From a virus (taxonomy: Duplodnaviria > Caudoviricetes): 28,774 nt of DNA. The notes beneath the pieces are model-generated. The model saw nothing but the letters and a program-made list of their open reading frames with translations. It did not search any database and had not been told where the DNA came from. The position numbers and the translations under genes are program-made. Below are positions 7,818 through 16,690 of the stretch, piece after piece. The stretch is from positions 1 through 28,774 of IMG/VR virus record IMGVR_UViG_3300025381_000082, one strand, 5' to 3'. Within the stretch, counting starts at the first letter, position 1. Every line of letters begins with the position of its first letter.

Positions 7818-8914
7818 AAATTAGGGAGCTCATTGTAATTGAGTTCAGTACTAAGGATACCAATTACGTAATTGGTTGATTCAGTTTCCTGTAATGCAGA
7901 TTGTTTTTTGCTAGGATTACTGTGTTTTGTAAACCAAGGTATCGGAGTACTTCTAGGCACATTTGATTGATATCTTATTCCAATTTCCCGTAGAGCAGAA
8001 GACGCTGTATAATCTACGAAATCCTTAAGGATGGTTGCGTTAAGTCCAATCACTGGGCCTTTGCTGAATAAATAATCTGCCCACGCTTTTTCTTCTTGGA
8101 TAACATCAAGATATAATTGATAAACTTCTTGTTCACATTCTAATTTGGCAGCAGCGAATCGAGGATCTTCCTTAACCACCTGATTGATAATATAAGCCGT
8201 CCATTCCTTGTGCAGCAATTCATCCTGTAGAATCAGCCCAATTATATTACCGTTACCTATAAAGATTTTATTTTCTACCATTGCAAGGCTTGTTGCAAAA
8301 CTTACCATAAATCGAAACGCTTCTAATGCATAGCTAGCATTTAATGCTAACCAAATTGCTTTAATATGTTCTCTTTCATCAATTGCTGTTCCAAGTTCTT
8401 TTTGACAATTGATATTGTGCAACGCATCGTAATATCTACCAATACTAGCTGCCATATCAATTATTTCTTGAGTATCATGAATACTATTGAATACAGTCTT
8501 TGGCACATTGTAAATGTTTCGAATAATGTGACTGTAGCTTTTACTGTGCAGATTTGTTTCAAACATGCTCCAGATCATCACTAATGCTTCCAGTTCTGGT
8601 AATGACACCACAGGACTAAACACCTGTACAGGACCTCGGCCTTGCAATGAATCTAACGCAGTTTGCCGTAAAAGATTACTGGTAAAGATGTGCTTGACCG
8701 CATTACTAGCTTCTTTAAAATCGTTAGCATCTCTGCTTAAATTAATCTCTTCAGGGACCCAAAAAAATCCACGTTGTTCCTGCTCATATTTTGCAATTTT
8801 TGGGTATTTGAACTCTTCAAATCTCTGCACTGTAACTGGACCAGCTGGATCTAAAAACATTTTGCGATTTAGATAGTCGGTTTTAGTTGAAAGATTATAC
8901 TGTTCTTTACTCAT
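7814..8914 (-). CDS. nrdB: Ribonucleotide reductase class Ia beta subunit
   Basis: FFWVPEEI, QTALDSLQGR, ETNLHSKSY, EAFRFMVSF, DELLH, QETESTNY. Confidence 0.97.
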   Translation of the reverse strand: MSKEQYNLSTKTDYLNRKMFLDPAGPVTVQRFEEFKYPKIAKYEQEQRGFFWVPEEINLSRDANDFKEASNAVKHIFTSNLLRQTALDSLQGRGPVQVFSPVVSLPELEALVMIWSMFETNLHSKSYSHIIRNIYNVPKTVFNSIHDTQEIIDMAASIGRYYDALHNINCQKELGTAIDEREHIKAIWLALNASYALEAFRFMVSFATSLAMVENKIFIGNGNIIGLILQDELLHKEWTAYIINQVVKEDPRFAAAKLECEQEVYQLYLDVIQEEKAWADYLFSKGPVIGLNATILKDFVDYTASSALREIGIRYQSNVPRSTPIPWFTKHSNPSKKQSALQETESTNYVIGILSTELNYNELPNL

Positions 8915-8988
8915 TTGAAAATTTAACCTCGTCCTTATAATATTGTAGCATAATTCTGTAGCCTATATCGTGGATATCTAGTTATAGT

Positions 8989-9957
8989 TTATAACTTACA
9001 TGATTCGCAATCGTCATCAATATCATAGTCAAGAGCCGCTAGTGGTATTTCAGCAGGGTCGTCTACTTGCTTGCTACCCTGCTTGTCTATAAGCGAATAG
9101 TATAAACTTTTAAGACCCCAAATATGTGCGTTCATTAAATTCTTAGCAATTAACGTAGACGGTATCTTTCGATCTAAAAAGTGTTTAGGCGAATAAAAAG
9201 TGTTTGTACTGATACTTTGATCAACATATGCAGCAAGGACCGCCGATGTTTTCAAATAACCGTCGCAATCTTTTTGTTCCCACATAAGTTGGTATTTGTT
9301 TTTTAGCTTATGGTATTCAGGAACAACTTGTATAAATGATCCAGCTTTAGATTCTTTAACACTTATCAAGCTCATAGGCATTTCGATACCATTTGTACTG
9401 TTAATTACCACGCTTGAACTTTCAACTGGGGCGATAGCCATTAACGTTGCATTGCGAACGCCATGTTCTTTCATGTTAGAACGCAGTGTCTCCCAATCTA
9501 GTTCTGGAGAAAAATCAGCCAGCTCGTTAACACCTGCTGCACGAAGCTCCCAGGGAAATACGCCTTTTCCATAGCGAGTTTTTTCACTATGCAAACAGCT
9601 ACCTCTCTCTTTGGCCAATTCAACAGATGCTTCTGTTAGATAAAAAGCCTGATGCTCAATCCATGTCTTTACATCTTGCAATGCATCTTTTTCACCATAT
9701 TTTAAACCTCTTTTGGCATGCCAGTATGCAAGGTTAGTCACTCCGATGCCAATTGGACGAATCTCATCATTGCTCAACTTGCTTTGAATGCTGAGAAAAT
9801 CTTGATAATCAAGTATATTATTCAAACTTCTTAACAAAATTCTGCATGCACGTCTCATATCTTCTGGGTTTCTAAATGCGCCCCAATTGATAGATCCAAG
9901 TGTGCATAAGGCTATTTTTGGGACTTCGCGTGTGCATTCTTTTTTAATTATTTTCAT
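8989..9957 (-). CDS. nrdA: Ribonucleotide reductase alpha subunit, fragment 3 (C-terminal) with a 14-aa non-RNR head
   Basis: IALCTLGSIN (C462 equivalent), RPIGIG, APVESSS, DQSISTN, KSLYY and the C-terminal CESC. Confidence 0.95.
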   Translation of the reverse strand: MKIIKKECTREVPKIALCTLGSINWGAFRNPEDMRRACRILLRSLNNILDYQDFLSIQSKLSNDEIRPIGIGVTNLAYWHAKRGLKYGEKDALQDVKTWIEHQAFYLTEASVELAKERGSCLHSEKTRYGKGVFPWELRAAGVNELADFSPELDWETLRSNMKEHGVRNATLMAIAPVESSSVVINSTNGIEMPMSLISVKESKAGSFIQVVPEYHKLKNKYQLMWEQKDCDGYLKTSAVLAAYVDQSISTNTFYSPKHFLDRKIPSTLIAKNLMNAHIWGLKSLYYSLIDKQGSKQVDDPAEIPLAALDYDIDDDCESCKL

Positions 9958-9974
9958 TTTTTAATTCCAATTCA

Positions 9975-9991
9975 TATAAATACTATTTATA
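9975..9991. promoter_or_regulatory. Pair of opposed TATAAATA late-promoter motifs
   Basis: TATAAATA-C-TATTTATA palindrome in the 50-nt gap between the HNH gene (+) and nrdA fragment 3 (-). Confidence 0.75.
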
Positions 9992-10007
9992 CAGCATAAG
10001 GTACATA

Positions 10008-11099
10008 ATGTATAAAATCGACACAAATTCCATTTATTGGTCTAGATATACTAAATTTATTAATACCAGACAAACAAGAATCATACCAACAAATTCTATA
10101 GTAGAACTTCATCATATTGTTCCCAAATGTACAGGCGGGCACGATTCTATTTCTAATTTGATCGAACTTACTGTACGGGAACATTTTATTGCACATTGGA
10201 TGCTTTCTAAAGTTGGAATTGATGATGTGTGGTATAAACTTCGTTTTGCTTTTGGTTGTATGAGTGTTTGTAGCAAGTCTAATTCTTATAGAAATTTTCT
10301 CACATCTAGACAATTTGAAATTTCTAAAAAAATCAGAAAAGAAACTTTTAAGATGTGGAATGACCTCAATCCTTCTAAAGCCAAAGGAACATCTTGGTAT
10401 GTCGACGAAGATGGTGTTAGATATAGATGTCATCCAGATTCTCCTAAAATAAAAGAATTTAACTTAAAGATGCAAGCCCCTGGAAAAGGTAAAAAATGGT
10501 ATACAGATGGTAATAAATTTTTTATGTTATTGGAAACTGATCCGGTGATTTTATCATTAAATCTGCAACCTGGGTGCCCAATTAAAGGGGTGGAAAAACA
10601 ATATTCAGTTGAAACTTTGAAAAGTTTATCTAAAGATCGGGCAGAGAGATTTTGGTTCAACGACGGAAGACAATCATATAAACTAAAATTAGACGATGTC
10701 AAAATAAAAGAGTTGGGTCTTTCTGTTGGAAGACTTATATCACCAGACGGCTTAGAACGAATTAAAAGCGGCGCCGCGTGGAAAAGAACTCCCGAAGATA
10801 ATTTGAAAAATTCACTTAGGCAACAATCAAAAATGAGATTCAATGACGGCGTTAGAAATTTCACATTAGATCCAGATGATCCATTAATTTCGCAACTATC
10901 ATTAATCCCAGGTGTCATATTAACAGAGGAAGGTAGGAAAAAAATATCATTATGTGCTAAAAACAAAGATACGTCATACATTGTTGGAAAAAAATGGTTT
11001 AATGACGGCATAAAAAACTACAGATTGTTTGAAGATGAAGGATTAAAAATAGGGTTGGTCATGGGAAAGTTGTCTATCTCTAAACCAAAATGTCTTTAA
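10008..11099 (+). CDS. HNH homing endonuclease (MobE-like), antisense within nrdA
   Basis: ELHHIVPKCTGG…NLIELTVREHFIAH; C-terminal repeats KWYTDG, FWFNDG, MRFNDG and KWFNDG. Confidence 0.92.
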   Translation: MYKIDTNSIYWSRYTKFINTRQTRIIPTNSIVELHHIVPKCTGGHDSISNLIELTVREHFIAHWMLSKVGIDDVWYKLRFAFGCMSVCSKSNSYRNFLTSRQFEISKKIRKETFKMWNDLNPSKAKGTSWYVDEDGVRYRCHPDSPKIKEFNLKMQAPGKGKKWYTDGNKFFMLLETDPVILSLNLQPGCPIKGVEKQYSVETLKSLSKDRAERFWFNDGRQSYKLKLDDVKIKELGLSVGRLISPDGLERIKSGAAWKRTPEDNLKNSLRQQSKMRFNDGVRNFTLDPDDPLISQLSLIPGVILTEEGRKKISLCAKNKDTSYIVGKKWFNDGIKNYRLFEDEGLKIGLVMGKLSISKPKCL

Positions 11100-12114
11100 T
11101 ATCGTCGTCGTCAGTCAATTCTCTTACTTTCTTTTTTTCACCGTTCGATAATAAAACTTTATGTTGTCCGGGTAATGTTATTTCTTGACCATTATCTAAT
11201 GTTAGTTTGAATTCACCTTCATCGTCCAGACTATTGAATGGTTTTGTGGGAAGTACAATTTCTGCACATAAATTACTTTGATAGATGGTGTGAAATTCGG
11301 GATCAAACGGTCCTTGTTTTTGAACGTTATCGATATATAACAGATATATACGTCCAGTATCAGTACGCTCTTTTAATATGCCGCTTTTAAATACCTCTTC
11401 AGCACTCATAGTTTTTGTGCGTAGGTCTTTGCGTTTTTCATATTTTACATACAATTCTTCAAATAATGCGGTATTTTGATAAAATGCTTCGTATAGATCT
11501 GATACTTGATTAGGATCAAAAAATGTAATATTTTCTTGATTTTTAAATCGACGCCAGAATAACGAGTTTAACACTACTCCATAATCCATGTGGCGCACTC
11601 TAGTTTCGTCGGTTCCTTGATTATTCTTTAGAACGATTAGGTCGTCAAATTGGTAATGCCATATAGGATAATAGATAGTTGCACTTGAATTTCTGATACC
11701 GCCTTGGCTGTTATGTGTCAAGACCATCGGTCCTTCGCGGCTAGCAGATGCAAAGAATGTGTGAGTATCTTCTACTGTAATATCAATGTAACTGGGGTCG
11801 TTTTGCTGCTCAAAATCAGCAATTAGCAAACGAGTGAACCCCGTTTCAGTCAGCACGTGATCGTCATTTGTAAGTTCTTTTGGCTTTTTCTGTATGAAAG
11901 CCCCCGAGTCTCTCCATACCATAATAGGATGATTTACAGAGCAGTTTAATACGACACCGTTTTCAAACTCTAACCGAACTTGATCTTTGGTTTTTACATT
12001 AGTATTCCATTTGTCTGTTACTGTTTTAAAAACTACGTCGCCTTGTTTGGTTTTAGTTTTAATTTTCATCCCTGCCTTAAGGTCTTTAATTTGAATCTTT
12101 TTAGTTTTTACCAT
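11080..12114 (-). CDS. nrdA: Ribonucleotide reductase alpha subunit, fragment 2: split-intein C-half, RNR core and a 43-aa Hint-like tail
   Basis: …VLTHN|SQGGIRN, LKNNQG…RVRHMDYGV, ERTDTGRIY, QSNLCAEI (N437/C439/E441 equivalents); RNR similarity ends at DDEGE. Confidence 0.95.
   Translation of the reverse strand: MVKTKKIQIKDLKAGMKIKTKTKQGDVVFKTVTDKWNTNVKTKDQVRLEFENGVVLNCSVNHPIMVWRDSGAFIQKKPKELTNDDHVLTETGFTRLLIADFEQQNDPSYIDITVEDTHTFFASASREGPMVLTHNSQGGIRNSSATIYYPIWHYQFDDLIVLKNNQGTDETRVRHMDYGVVLNSLFWRRFKNQENITFFDPNQVSDLYEAFYQNTALFEELYVKYEKRKDLRTKTMSAEEVFKSGILKERTDTGRIYLLYIDNVQKQGPFDPEFHTIYQSNLCAEIVLPTKPFNSLDDEGEFKLTLDNGQEITLPGQHKVLLSNGEKKKVRELTDDDDIKDILV
11710..12114 (-). mobile_element. Split intein C-half (135 aa), atypical split
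   Basis: IKDLKAGMKI, block B NCSVNHPIMV, block F YIDITVEDTHTFF, block G LTHN followed by Ser+1. Confidence 0.93.
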
Positions 12115-13195
12115 TTTCGTGCTCTTCTCTTGTTAATGTCTCGATATCGTTAAATTTTTTCGATATTCCAAATTGGTCTACATGCAATATAGATTTTCCT
12201 CTAGATGCTCGATAGTAATCATTTAATAGATTTTTAGATTTAAAAAATCTGCCGTCTACTTTATAGAAAACTTTGGTTGTTAGATTAGCATAATTGCAAG
12301 AATTTACCTGATATTCATCTTTACTTATTTTAACAATTTTTCGTTCAACTAGCGAGTATACCACTACATTTCCGGTGTTATGGTGTTTATACAAGACTTT
12401 ATTATAGTTTTCTTTTTCTATTAGTTTCTTCTCGCCGGTGGCCTTGTCTATAACCGAAACTAGCCCAAATGTATTTCCAACATATCTGCCATTTGAGTTA
12501 TTAAACTCGTCCTGCGAAACTGTTACTCGGTTGTTAGTAACTGTATCATATGCTACTACTTTTCCTTTAGTAATACCGACGTATCTAAGATCAGAATTGA
12601 AAGTAGTTTTTGGAATTTTACAAGTTTTTCCAGTAGCTGTATCTAGTGCTAGAACATGATCTTTAAACTCAGTAGTATGTGTAGCAGGATCAAACTCGTT
12701 AACATATATCTTTTTAATTCCGTTTCCGGTCCTGATATTCATCATACCTTTTGAAACGTGTAGATGTTTTCCAGTAGCAAATGCTTCTACAGTTACACGA
12801 TAAGTATTGCCCTTATCATCCTTACACAATACAGATCCTGCTCCGCAGTTTGTGCCTCCGGATGTTAGCGAGTTTATGAAACTAGGATTCTGACCAACTT
12901 GATGTGTTTGATGAAATACTTTTTCTGCCGAAAACGCATCACTTCTAGATTTAAAGTATTCAATTCTGTATTCATATCTCTCCGGAAACTTTTTTAGGTT
13001 TTCTTTAAAATCTACTACAGTTGAGCTAGTAAAATATTTTACCAACAGATCGTGTTTATTACTGCCTTCGACTCCGCGAGAACCTGAATAAAACTTTCCA
13101 GTTTTGGTGTCTTTTAGTGTATAGCAGTAATAGGCCGAGTTTAATAGCATATTAGTTTGTGATCCGTTATATGATTCTTGTAGATAATCTAGCAT
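12101..13195 (-). CDS. Seg-like GIY-YIG homing endonuclease between the intein halves
   Basis: YYCYTLKD…KFYSGSR…YFTSS…AE…FIN; repeated (V/L)x(A)xD…TG…(K/T)(I/V)…F…YVG modules; GGAGGT RBS before ATG 13195. Confidence 0.88.
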   Translation of the reverse strand: MLDYLQESYNGSQTNMLLNSAYYCYTLKDTKTGKFYSGSRGVEGSNKHDLLVKYFTSSTVVDFKENLKKFPERYEYRIEYFKSRSDAFSAEKVFHQTHQVGQNPSFINSLTSGGTNCGAGSVLCKDDKGNTYRVTVEAFATGKHLHVSKGMMNIRTGNGIKKIYVNEFDPATHTTEFKDHVLALDTATGKTCKIPKTTFNSDLRYVGITKGKVVAYDTVTNNRVTVSQDEFNNSNGRYVGNTFGLVSVIDKATGEKKLIEKENYNKVLYKHHNTGNVVVYSLVERKIVKISKDEYQVNSCNYANLTTKVFYKVDGRFFKSKNLLNDYYRASRGKSILHVDQFGISKKFNDIETLTREEHENGKN

Positions 13196-13238
13196 TTCGC
13201 ATACCTCCATTATTATATATGCTTGTATGCGAAAAGCT
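13191..13238 (-). promoter_or_regulatory. Hairpin covering the start codon and RBS edge of the GIY-YIG gene
   Basis: AGC-T-TTTCGCATAC … GTATGCGAAA-T-GCT (13 of 14 pairs); TAAATA at 13241-13246 just upstream. Confidence 0.75.
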
Positions 13239-13239
13239 G

Positions 13240-13299
13240 TTATTTATCTGTAGAATTATCCTCATCTAGGACTTCTACCCAAGTATCGGGTGTGACACA
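13240..13299 (-). mobile_element. Split intein N-half (19 aa)
   Basis: CVTPDTWVEVLDEDNSTDK*, block A only. Confidence 0.9.
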
Positions 13300-14208
13300 G
13301 CACGAACGCAAGTCTCCAAACCACTTTTTAAGGAAAGGTATCATTCCAGTGTGCATAATTTCTCCGCCGCGTATTGGACTGCCTAGCGGTCGTAGTCTTC
13401 CTATCTCCAGACCTATTCCTGCACGTTTACTAGCATATTTGGCCATCATTTCCCCGCTGGCAAAAATACTATCCAAATCGTCATCGCTGCGTATTAGAAC
13501 ACATGAACTAAACTGTTTTGTAGGTGTTCCTAATCCCGCTAATACAGGTGTGGCTAATGTAAACAGCCCATCAGATGCCGAATGATAATATTCTTTAATG
13601 TATTTCATTCGCGCAGTATTAGGTTCTTCTGCATGAAAGACCGTGGCTGCTGCTATCATATATCGTATTTGGGGAGTTTCGAAAATTTCTTTTGTAGCAC
13701 GATTTCTAACCAGATATTTTTCGATTAACTGTTCTATAGCAGCGTAGCCGTATTGCTCATCCTTTTCGTGATCAAGCATATCGTTCATTTTGTTCCAGTC
13801 ATCTTCGCTATACCATTCTAGCAATTCAGCTGTATATAAACCTGAGGCAACATTTCGTTTCACAATAGAATACAGATGCGGTACATTATAGTCTCCGTAT
13901 ACATCTTTCCGTAACATACTCAACCGTTGTTTCCCAGCAACATATTGATAATTGGTATGACCTGTGTCGGTATTAATATCAACGTCAATGAGATCTACTA
14001 TTGCACGCAGCGTGATACCGTCAATTTCGGTAGTAGTTATGCCATCATAAAAATGTGGCTGTGCCTTAATTTCTATCATTGACTGACTAACATCTGCAAT
14101 ATTTTGACATACTTTGGCAATTTGAGCTTGCCATTTTTCTATGTTAAGTAGCTCTCTATGCCCGTCTCGTTTTGTGACGTGTATTACGCCCTGTTTCTGG
14201 GTGGCCAT
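13240..14208 (-). CDS. nrdA: Ribonucleotide reductase alpha subunit, fragment 1 (ATP cone) ending in a 19-aa intein N-half
   Basis: VTKRDG ATP cone, ETPQ, ATPVLAG, QFSSCVLI (C225 equivalent), RAGIG, LRSC|CVTPDT; AGAGGA RBS spacing favours ATG 14208. Confidence 0.96.
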   Translation of the reverse strand: MATQKQGVIHVTKRDGHRELLNIEKWQAQIAKVCQNIADVSQSMIEIKAQPHFYDGITTTEIDGITLRAIVDLIDVDINTDTGHTNYQYVAGKQRLSMLRKDVYGDYNVPHLYSIVKRNVASGLYTAELLEWYSEDDWNKMNDMLDHEKDEQYGYAAIEQLIEKYLVRNRATKEIFETPQIRYMIAAATVFHAEEPNTARMKYIKEYYHSASDGLFTLATPVLAGLGTPTKQFSSCVLIRSDDDLDSIFASGEMMAKYASKRAGIGLEIGRLRPLGSPIRGGEIMHTGMIPFLKKWFGDLRSCCVTPDTWVEVLDEDNSTDK

Positions 14209-14276
14209 GGACATTCCTCTTTGAATATTTGATTAGTTTACTAGGTAATTACTGTTGAGAGCTAGTTATTTAACTG

Positions 14277-14801
14277 TCATAAAATGCCACTGTCATTAGA
14301 TATTATTATGGCAGCACTGCCAATATATTTCTTTTCGACGCTGCTGTGTTTTTTGCCATCGTATGCATAGGTTTGTTGGATATCATAACTCTTTTTAATC
14401 GTATTCGCATCGACAATTTTATTATAGTCTAAATTCAACAACCAGCATGCGTCTACTTCTAAAATAATTTGTTGAATATGACGTTTGCGATCATTTAACA
14501 ACATGAGTTTTAATCTACTTTGATTCCATCGGTTGTCACCGCTTAATAGCAACGTATAAAACATGCCTAGAGATACCGCACTTTCGTCAAACCTATTACT
14601 ATACATTAGATTCCAGGCATCTAACCATGCACTTGGATCATCCCAATCCAAAATTCTACATGACAACGGAGTATGACTCCAAAATTCTGTTACTTGTTGT
14701 AGATGCTCAAAATCTGTTTTTTCGGATGTTAAATTTGATCTTAAATTTTTCCAGTTTTTAAGTAGGTTGTTGGAACCATTAAAACAATCAGAACTATTCA
14801 T
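14277..14801 (-). CDS. Hypothetical protein
   Basis: 174-aa ORF co-oriented with neighbours; no family recognised with confidence. Confidence 0.75.
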   Translation of the reverse strand: MNSSDCFNGSNNLLKNWKNLRSNLTSEKTDFEHLQQVTEFWSHTPLSCRILDWDDPSAWLDAWNLMYSNRFDESAVSLGMFYTLLLSGDNRWNQSRLKLMLLNDRKRHIQQIILEVDACWLLNLDYNKIVDANTIKKSYDIQQTYAYDGKKHSSVEKKYIGSAAIIISNDSGIL

Positions 14802-14830
14802 TTATTTCAAATTTCCGTTATCATTAAATA

Positions 14831-16399
14831 CTATGCTTCTAGCTGTACAAGAGATAGTGTTACGGTAATAGCAGCAGAACCTACACCGTTATTGTAAACC
14901 TTCATTTGTATATTGCTGTTGGGAGAAGACTCACTACTATAGCCAATAACCGCAGGACTAAAATATTGTGTTCCAGACGATGTTGTAATAATTTCAGCAA
15001 TAACACCGCTGCCAGGCAGGGGCGTAGTGTTTATCGGCCTGCTAGCATCTGCAGATTCTGCTGCTAGACTAGAATAAACAGTTACCCAAGCGCCATAAGA
15101 CACGGTAATACTGTATAGTGCATAACCAACATAGCCAACGGCAGTAACATTAGCACTTGCTCCTGCTGCAATGCTTATAGTTGTAACGGTAGAAGTCGTC
15201 CTTGACATTAGGCCGCCTGATCCACCAGCTAAGTTATTTTGTTGAGCATCTACAATTAAGTTTTGTGTGCCGTTGTTAACTATACCTGGAAGATATATAA
15301 ATGTATCCCCTAAGCTGGTATTAAGATTTGTGCCTGTTCCCCAGTATATACTGGGTATATTTGTATTTGGTTGAAATGTATTTCCAATACTGGTTATACC
15401 GGGGCTAGTTGAGCCGTTGCTGACGTAAATGCAATAATTATCAATGGCATAAAATCTACTTTGTATCAAAGATGTATATTCAGGACCATTGTTATTGACC
15501 ACAGGACCAAATTCTATGCCTCGATACACATTATGTATTAAAGTTGTATTAACAGTGGTATATTGAATAGAATCATATGCTTGTATACCGTATGTAAAAT
15601 TTGATATGTCACAAGATAAAACTTCTGCATCAGATGTTAACACGGCTGACCCAATTTTTAATAAAGATATAGCAGTGTCTGTACCAGGAGTTGATCCGCT
15701 TGTATAGCCGCCCACAATATAAGTATTGGTGATGCGTATATGTTCGTATCTAACCAATTGAATAGCAGACATACTTTGTGAATTTGTGCTGATATTAATA
15801 TCAGCTATATGTATTTTATAAGGAGGTGTTGCACCGTTTAATCCTATGTTCGCACCTGTTTGACCAAGGCTGTCAGCAGTCTGCATCATATAAATCATCG
15901 AAGTGCCCGATGCAGCAAGGATTGTAGTACAATTTGCCCCAGCGCCTTTTATGCTGAGATACGGATATAATAATATTGTGCTATTGATCAAATATGTACC
16001 AGCCGGAAAATATAAAGTAACTGCTATATTACCTGAAGTAGGATATCCTTGTAATAGCTGTGCAATAGCTGCGTTAATTGCCGGCGCATCATCTGTTACA
16101 CCATCACCTGTAGCTCCAAAGTCCTTAATACTAGCTATGTCATTAAGTTTTGATTGCAATTTGCGCGGTACGGTGGTTGTTAAATTTGCACCATTAAGAC
16201 TATACACAGTATTAATTAGTTGGTCGTTGGCACTATATTCAGTAAGTATTTCTGTATTACCGCCGTAACCATCACTGTTACCTATGAAAAGTTGTCTGGT
16301 ATCTAAACACCACCCAAGTTCACCTTCTGCTAGTTGTGACGGCAAATCGGTATATAAACCTCTACGATTTTGTATTCTTGAAATTGTTTGGATGGCCAT
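14831..16399 (-). CDS. Tail fiber/tailspike-like protein with a pectate-lyase-type beta-helix
   Basis: N-terminal RIQNRRG…LAEGELGW (Mtd N-terminus-like); SIKDFGATGDGVTDD…YFPAGTY; TAAATA at 16426-16431. Confidence 0.8.
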   Translation of the reverse strand: MAIQTISRIQNRRGLYTDLPSQLAEGELGWCLDTRQLFIGNSDGYGGNTEILTEYSANDQLINTVYSLNGANLTTTVPRKLQSKLNDIASIKDFGATGDGVTDDAPAINAAIAQLLQGYPTSGNIAVTLYFPAGTYLINSTILLYPYLSIKGAGANCTTILAASGTSMIYMMQTADSLGQTGANIGLNGATPPYKIHIADINISTNSQSMSAIQLVRYEHIRITNTYIVGGYTSGSTPGTDTAISLLKIGSAVLTSDAEVLSCDISNFTYGIQAYDSIQYTTVNTTLIHNVYRGIEFGPVVNNNGPEYTSLIQSRFYAIDNYCIYVSNGSTSPGITSIGNTFQPNTNIPSIYWGTGTNLNTSLGDTFIYLPGIVNNGTQNLIVDAQQNNLAGGSGGLMSRTTSTVTTISIAAGASANVTAVGYVGYALYSITVSYGAWVTVYSSLAAESADASRPINTTPLPGSGVIAEIITTSSGTQYFSPAVIGYSSESSPNSNIQMKVYNNGVGSAAITVTLSLVQLEA

Positions 16400-16690
16400 G
16401 GTGTGTTTAGCTCCGGTATGTGTGATATTTACCTAGGATCATATGTTAGTTGACCTATAAAAATATATGCTATAAGTGTAACTTTATGGAAAGATAAAAA
16501 TACGACTGCGGACTGCATCATACCACAGTCGTTCTCAAGTTAAATTGGGCCTTTAGCCAAATGCACTTCAACAAAAGAAGAATTGTCAGATAGCGAAATA
16601 CCCTGTTGTTTTAATTGAGAAATTTTAGACTATTAGATTGATATTACATCTCTAGTTACTGTTAATAAATATCAGCAGCAAGGATGTATT

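Noticed and set aside
9916-11211. Functional second split intein or group I intron at nrdA junction 2
   Set aside because: No N-terminal nucleophile, no terminal Asn/Gln, and Ile at +1. The non-coding gap is only 50 nt and the ORFs overlap at the other side, leaving no room for an intron core.
8989-14208. nrdA as a pseudogene or stop-codon recoding artefact
   Set aside because: All catalytic motifs are intact, the breaks coincide with endonuclease genes and purpose-like tails, and other genes read normally in the standard code.
14831-16399. Diversity-generating retroelement target suggested by the Mtd-like N-terminus
   Set aside because: No reverse transcriptase and no template/variable repeat pair was seen in the window.
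16503-16531. Hairpin CGACTGCGG…CCACAGTCG in the divergent intergenic gap
   Set aside because: Imperfect, single copy, no U-tract and no recognisable RNA family; insufficient support.
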